From Candidatus Geocrenenecus huangii (lineage in GTDB: Archaea > Thermoproteota > Nitrososphaeria_A > Caldarchaeales > Wolframiiraptoraceae): DNA of 64,000 bases. Below the pieces are notes generated by a model that made no database searches, had not been told where the DNA came from, and was given only the letters and a program-made list of their open reading frames with translations. The stretch is from assembly GCA_023254095.1 (NCBI GenBank), contig JALNLM010000003.1, positions 64,001 through 128,000 on the forward strand. Reading direction: 5' to 3'. Numbering within the stretch: position 1 is the stretch's first letter; each line of letters starts with the position of its first letter. The position numbers were made by a program, and so were the translations under genes. Below, piece after piece: positions 60,183 through 64,000 of this stretch.

Positions 60183-60569
60183 ATGAAATATAGATTGATG
60201 GATCTACTTGCATGCCCGATCTGTAAGAAGTTTCCCCTCGAGCTGAAAGTATTCACAGAATCCAGTATCCAGCCTCCCCAGAAGATCAGTAGATGCGAGC
60301 TATACTGCGCTTACCATAACATAGAGATCTCCAGCAACGTGCCCACAGACTGCTCAAAATGCTACAGCATCGAGATAAGAGATGGAATAATAATATGTAG
60401 CAATTGTGGAAGATGGTATCCGATAGAGGAAGAAATACCGAGAATGCTGCCGGACGAACTTAGAAAAAGAAATGAAGATGTAGGCTTTCTAAGTAAATGG
60501 AGATCAAGAATACCTGAGAAGATCTTGCTGGAAGGTAAACCATTCTCCCTAATATCCCAAAAAACCTAG
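60183..60569 (+). CDS. trm112: Trm112-family methyltransferase activator
   Basis: MKYRLMDLLACPICK...EI..G...C..CGRWYPI...IP.MLPD. Confidence 0.88.
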   Translation: MKYRLMDLLACPICKKFPLELKVFTESSIQPPQKISRCELYCAYHNIEISSNVPTDCSKCYSIEIRDGIIICSNCGRWYPIEEEIPRMLPDELRKRNEDVGFLSKWRSRIPEKILLEGKPFSLISQKT

Positions 60570-60725
60570 ACGAGCATAAAAAACCGTGTAAAGACAGTAC
60601 TATAGGAGTCTGGGAGGCTTACCATACATTTAATTAATCAAAAACAATGAGAGGCACTATTTATAAGGTAAAGGTTTTTTAGGAGTTTTAACCTTAACAT
60701 CCTCGTATAACTGAGGGGATAATAG

Positions 60726-61049
60726 ATGAGCGTAGGACCATCCGGCGAGGCCGTAATCTTGGTGGGAAGAAAACCAACCATGAACTATGTTCTTGCAACG
60801 ACTCTACCATTGACTGAAGGAAGAAAAGTCGTACTAAAAGCACGTGGAAGAGCAATAAGCAAAGCTGTGGACGTAGTTGAAGTAGTTAGGAGAAGATTCA
60901 TCCATGAAGCACAAGTAGAGAATGTTAAGATTGGGACAGAGGAAGGCAGAGTTGGAAATGACGGGAGACCGAGAAACGTCAGCATCATCGAAATAGTCTT
61001 AGCACCACCAACTTCTACAGCATCCTCAACATCCAGCAAGAAGAAGTAA
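60726..61049 (+). CDS. albA: Chromatin protein Alba
   Basis: VGRKPTMNYV, KARGRAISKAVDV and VS.IEI.L motifs. Confidence 0.95.
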   Translation: MSVGPSGEAVILVGRKPTMNYVLATTLPLTEGRKVVLKARGRAISKAVDVVEVVRRRFIHEAQVENVKIGTEEGRVGNDGRPRNVSIIEIVLAPPTSTASSTSSKKK

Positions 61050-61131
61050 AGAACCACCCTTACCTTATTTATTTTTGACAAAGTTCTCTTTAATATCTAA
61101 AATTTATAGGTAAAGAATGAACATTTATTAA

Positions 61132-61572
61132 ATGCCGAGACGTAGCCGACAAGAGAATATGAATGGATCAGATTCTTCTGAAAAGCCTTTAGTAGTTTTT
61201 CTCTTAGCATTAGTATCCGGGTTGTTGATGAGTGTTGTAAGCGTTTACGGTTTACTCATGTGGCTCTTCACACCCTATGTTGGCTGGGGTCAGCCGATGT
61301 ATAGGCCGATGTGGTGCCCAATGTGTGGATGGATGATGGGCTGGGTTGACTGGGATTTCTTTATACCATTCATCGTATTAACTCTGGCATCTGGAATAAT
61401 GATTCTCCTAAGTGGTTATATGGCCTATATGCATCCTCAAAACATACAACTTTGGGGGATAGTAATAGTCATCTTCTCAGTGCTGAGCTTATTGGGTAGC
61501 CGAGGCTTCATAGTAGGAGCGATCCTTGGACTAGTTTCAGGAATACTTGCGTTAACATGGAAGAAGATTTAG
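61132..61572 (+). CDS. Small 4-TM membrane protein (DUF6114-like) with Met/Cys-rich loop
   Basis: Hydrophobic helices; GFIVGAILG..SG.LAL C-terminal pattern; loop PMYRPMWCPMCGWMMG. Confidence 0.6.
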   Translation: MPRRSRQENMNGSDSSEKPLVVFLLALVSGLLMSVVSVYGLLMWLFTPYVGWGQPMYRPMWCPMCGWMMGWVDWDFFIPFIVLTLASGIMILLSGYMAYMHPQNIQLWGIVIVIFSVLSLLGSRGFIVGAILGLVSGILALTWKKI

Positions 61573-61641
61573 ACGACATACTATAGGAAAAACGATCGTC
61601 AGTTTATATACTCGAGGCGATATAAGATTTATGATGTATTT

Positions 61642-62505
61642 ATGGATGTCATCGAGGTCGATGAAGAATTTGTTAGGAAAGTTATCAAGCCTAGAAAAGC
61701 TTCATCGCATAAAGGTCAGAATGGCGTAGTGCTGGTGATTGGGGGCAGCTGGCTATATCACGGTGCGCCATTTCTATCTGCTATGGCTGCTTTAAGGTCT
61801 GGAGTAGACTTAGCCTACATAGCTACACCTGAAAAAACCGCGATATCTATTAGAGCGCTATCGCCGAATGTTATAGTTATACCTTTAACAGATTTGAAGC
61901 TTACTAGAGGTAGTTCGAGAAGGATAATGAATATTCTCCCATCAGTTGATTCAATCGTAATCGGTCCTGGGCTTGCTGAAGGAAGTGAGAAGGGAATAGA
62001 ATATGTAATTCGGGAAGCTTTGGCCCTAGACAAGAAGCTCGTCCTGGATGCTACGGCACTATACTCTGGAGTACTTCAAAGAATCTCGGGGAGAAAAGTT
62101 GTTATGACACCTCACGCAGGAGAATTTAAAAGAGTCTTCAGAGAAGAATTGAGTATAGAATTGTATGGGCGGATCAACAAGGTAAAGGAGAAGGCTTCAG
62201 AACATAAAGTAACTATACTCTTGAAAGGAATGATAGACATCATCTCGGATGGAGAGAAGATAGCCATAAACAAGACTGGAACCCCGGCGATGACGACCGG
62301 TGGAACAGGAGATGTGTTAACGGGTATCGTAGCAGCTCTACTAGCTAAAGGTTCAGAACCGTTCGAGGCTGCAGCCGCAGGTGCATGGATTAATGGGAGA
62401 GCAGGTGAAGAAGCCGCCTCAATATACGGGCTACATATAACAGCTACAGATGTTGTAGAAAATATTCCAAAGGCAATGAAGCCCTTCGATTTTTTAGTTG
62501 ACTAG
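61642..62505 (+). CDS. nnrD: ADP-dependent NAD(P)H-hydrate dehydratase
   Basis: HKG.NG, GGS...GAP, IGPGL, TPHAGEF, LKG and GGTGDVL motifs. Confidence 0.93.
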   Translation: MDVIEVDEEFVRKVIKPRKASSHKGQNGVVLVIGGSWLYHGAPFLSAMAALRSGVDLAYIATPEKTAISIRALSPNVIVIPLTDLKLTRGSSRRIMNILPSVDSIVIGPGLAEGSEKGIEYVIREALALDKKLVLDATALYSGVLQRISGRKVVMTPHAGEFKRVFREELSIELYGRINKVKEKASEHKVTILLKGMIDIISDGEKIAINKTGTPAMTTGGTGDVLTGIVAALLAKGSEPFEAAAAGAWINGRAGEEAASIYGLHITATDVVENIPKAMKPFDFLVD

Positions 62506-62507
62506 CC

Positions 62508-63248
62508 ATGATTGGGGAAACATTCCTATTTGCTAGGATAAGCCTGATCTCTGCAACACTACTCTACACATCATATCTTGATTGGAAGTATCGAGAAGTA
62601 GATGATAAAGTCTGGATACTATCAGGCATAATAGCTACAGCTTTAACGATTCTCGACATACTTTATGGATGGTCTACGGATAAGCTATTCCTCTCTCTAC
62701 TTTCTATAGGTTTTTCAAGTGGTTTGGCATTCGGATTCTATTTCTTAGGATTTTACGGTGGAGCAGACGCTAAAGCCATTCTCCTAGTGTCTATAGGTCT
62801 CCCATTATATCAAGGTAGAAGTATTCATCCATTTACTGGTTTATCAACTCTAACAAACGGTCTACTATTCTCTCTAATCCTCCCTCTCGCTATTCTCATA
62901 TACAATTTAACCCAGCTAATTAGAGGAAGAAATATCTTCGAAGGATTCGACTGTGAATCACATCTAAGAAAATTTCTCGCACTATTCTTCGGTGTAAGAT
63001 TAAAGAATGCTAAGAATAAGAAATTCTGGTTCATCATGGAGGAAAAAAATCATGTTAGGAGATTCAAGTTCGGGTTATTTTCTTTAGAGCTTTCAGAGAT
63101 AGATAGAGATGATGTATGGGCTACGCCCGGGATACCGCTCCTAATATTCATTACAGCCGGGTTCATCCACTACATATTTCTAGGAGACCTATCCTATACA
63201 TTCTTTAAAACGTTGTTCCAAGCAATGAATCTAAAAATATATGATTAA
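62508..63248 (+). CDS. Prepilin/preflagellin peptidase (A24, FlaK/PibD-like)
   Basis: SYLDWKYREV, YGGADAK and VWATPGIP motifs. Confidence 0.88.
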   Translation: MIGETFLFARISLISATLLYTSYLDWKYREVDDKVWILSGIIATALTILDILYGWSTDKLFLSLLSIGFSSGLAFGFYFLGFYGGADAKAILLVSIGLPLYQGRSIHPFTGLSTLTNGLLFSLILPLAILIYNLTQLIRGRNIFEGFDCESHLRKFLALFFGVRLKNAKNKKFWFIMEEKNHVRRFKFGLFSLELSEIDRDDVWATPGIPLLIFITAGFIHYIFLGDLSYTFFKTLFQAMNLKIYD

Positions 63249-63391
63249 GAAGAAGTTCGACCAGAATAGAATTCCTAGAATACAAGAATCAAGATCAAGA
63301 ACATCCATATTATTATCTTGAAGAATTTTAACTTAAATGCTCAGTAAGTTTAATTAATAAGTGGATATAGCTATAGTTTAGTAGAAGGGAC

Positions 63392-63721
63392 ATGGAGTTC
63401 TGTCCGAAGTGCGGCAAAGTCATGGTGTTAAAGAAGAAATCAAATAACTCTATTCTGGTCTGTCCAAAATGTGGATATGAGAAGAAAGCAGAAGAAGTCA
63501 TAGTGACAAACCTTTCAAAGAAGCGTTCTAAACCTAACCTAGTCATGATAGAAGAGAGTGAAGGAGAGAAAGTTCTACCAACGACTAGTGACGTTGTATG
63601 CCCTAAATGTGGGAATAAAGAAGCTTATTGGTGGTCTATACAAACGAGAGCCGCCGACGAGCCCATGACTTTATTCTTTAGATGCACAAAATGTAATCAT
63701 ACCTGGAGAGAATACGGCTAA
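63392..63721 (+). CDS. tfs: Transcription elongation factor TFS
   Basis: Two Zn ribbons and QTRAADEP acidic hairpin. Confidence 0.95.
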   Translation: MEFCPKCGKVMVLKKKSNNSILVCPKCGYEKKAEEVIVTNLSKKRSKPNLVMIEESEGEKVLPTTSDVVCPKCGNKEAYWWSIQTRAADEPMTLFFRCTKCNHTWREYG

Positions 63722-63722
63722 G

Positions 63723-64000
63723 CTACCTTGACAGAATATAGTATTTTTTGCAACCAGATTTTAAAGGTAGTCTTGAAAATTCTTCTTCACTCCCTATCAG
63801 CGAAAATAAACCGACTATTTCTACATTCTTCTTTTCAAGTATTTCAATAAGCTTGCCGAAGAATACACTCTCCGGAATATTAGTTGAGATCATAAGTATG
63901 CTCTCCCTCTTCTTGATTTGGTTAAAATAGACCCAGTAACATATTGACCATATGGATTCTGAATCATTTAAGATTATAGTAAAGAATTCATGGCTATCTG
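63723..64000 (-). CDS. 3' end of a gene entering from beyond the window; degenerate phosphoribosyltransferase-like domain
   Basis: My translation of an open frame not in the ORF track: ...QIKKRESILMISTNI...KLIEILEKKNVEIVGLFSLIG...YILSR*. Confidence 0.5.
   Translation of the reverse strand, partial: DSHEFFTIILNDSESIWSICYWVYFNQIKKRESILMISTNIPESVFFGKLIEILEKKNVEIVGLFSLIGSEEEFSRLPLKSGCKKYYILSR

Noticed and set aside
274-63930. Numerous 60-160 aa ORFs antisense to or nested in recognised genes (e.g. 4171-4581, 14887-15375, 20415-20825, 37902-38321, 63748-63930)
   Set aside because: They are shadow frames of well-supported genes on the other strand and carry no recognisable motifs

Overview
Gene-dense, AT-rich (by eye roughly 40% GC) archaeal chromosome segment. 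Archaeal markers include ABCE1/Rli1, TFS, Alba, multi-OB RPA, a DUF2258/ThermoDBP-related protein, an aKMT-type lysine methyltransferase, an AOR, an intron-containing tRNA-Met(CAT) and TATA-box promoters. The gene content suggests a thermophilic TACK lineage, possibly Caldarchaeales/'Aigarchaeota' (inference only). The window holds about 60 CDS, mostly housekeeping and peptide/amino-acid catabolism (Opp ABC operon, GdhA, class-III aminotransferase, proline-dehydrogenase-like pair, AOR), plus a HEPN-MNT toxin-antitoxin pair. No CRISPR array, rRNA, transposase or integrase was seen. The strongest unexplained signal is a shared promoter motif: three helically phased GTTYCA-like hexamers abutting the TATA box, identical at 17 of 20 nt, upstream of both htrA and an ABC/S-layer-domain operon. 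These two units flank a type-I membrane-tethered winged-helix regulator, which suggests an envelope-stress regulon. A strikingly eukaryote-like presenilin lies about 40 kb away. Also notable: a divergent pair of DUF72 proteins with different C-terminal fusions, a long-form 6-phosphogluconate dehydrogenase with an NAD-type fingerprint, a candidate HhH-like/PD-(D/E)xK defence nuclease, an 8-blade Asp-box surface protein lying between lutC and lutB, and a probable 38/39 tRNA intron. All family assignments come from motif recognition by eye; no database searches were run.
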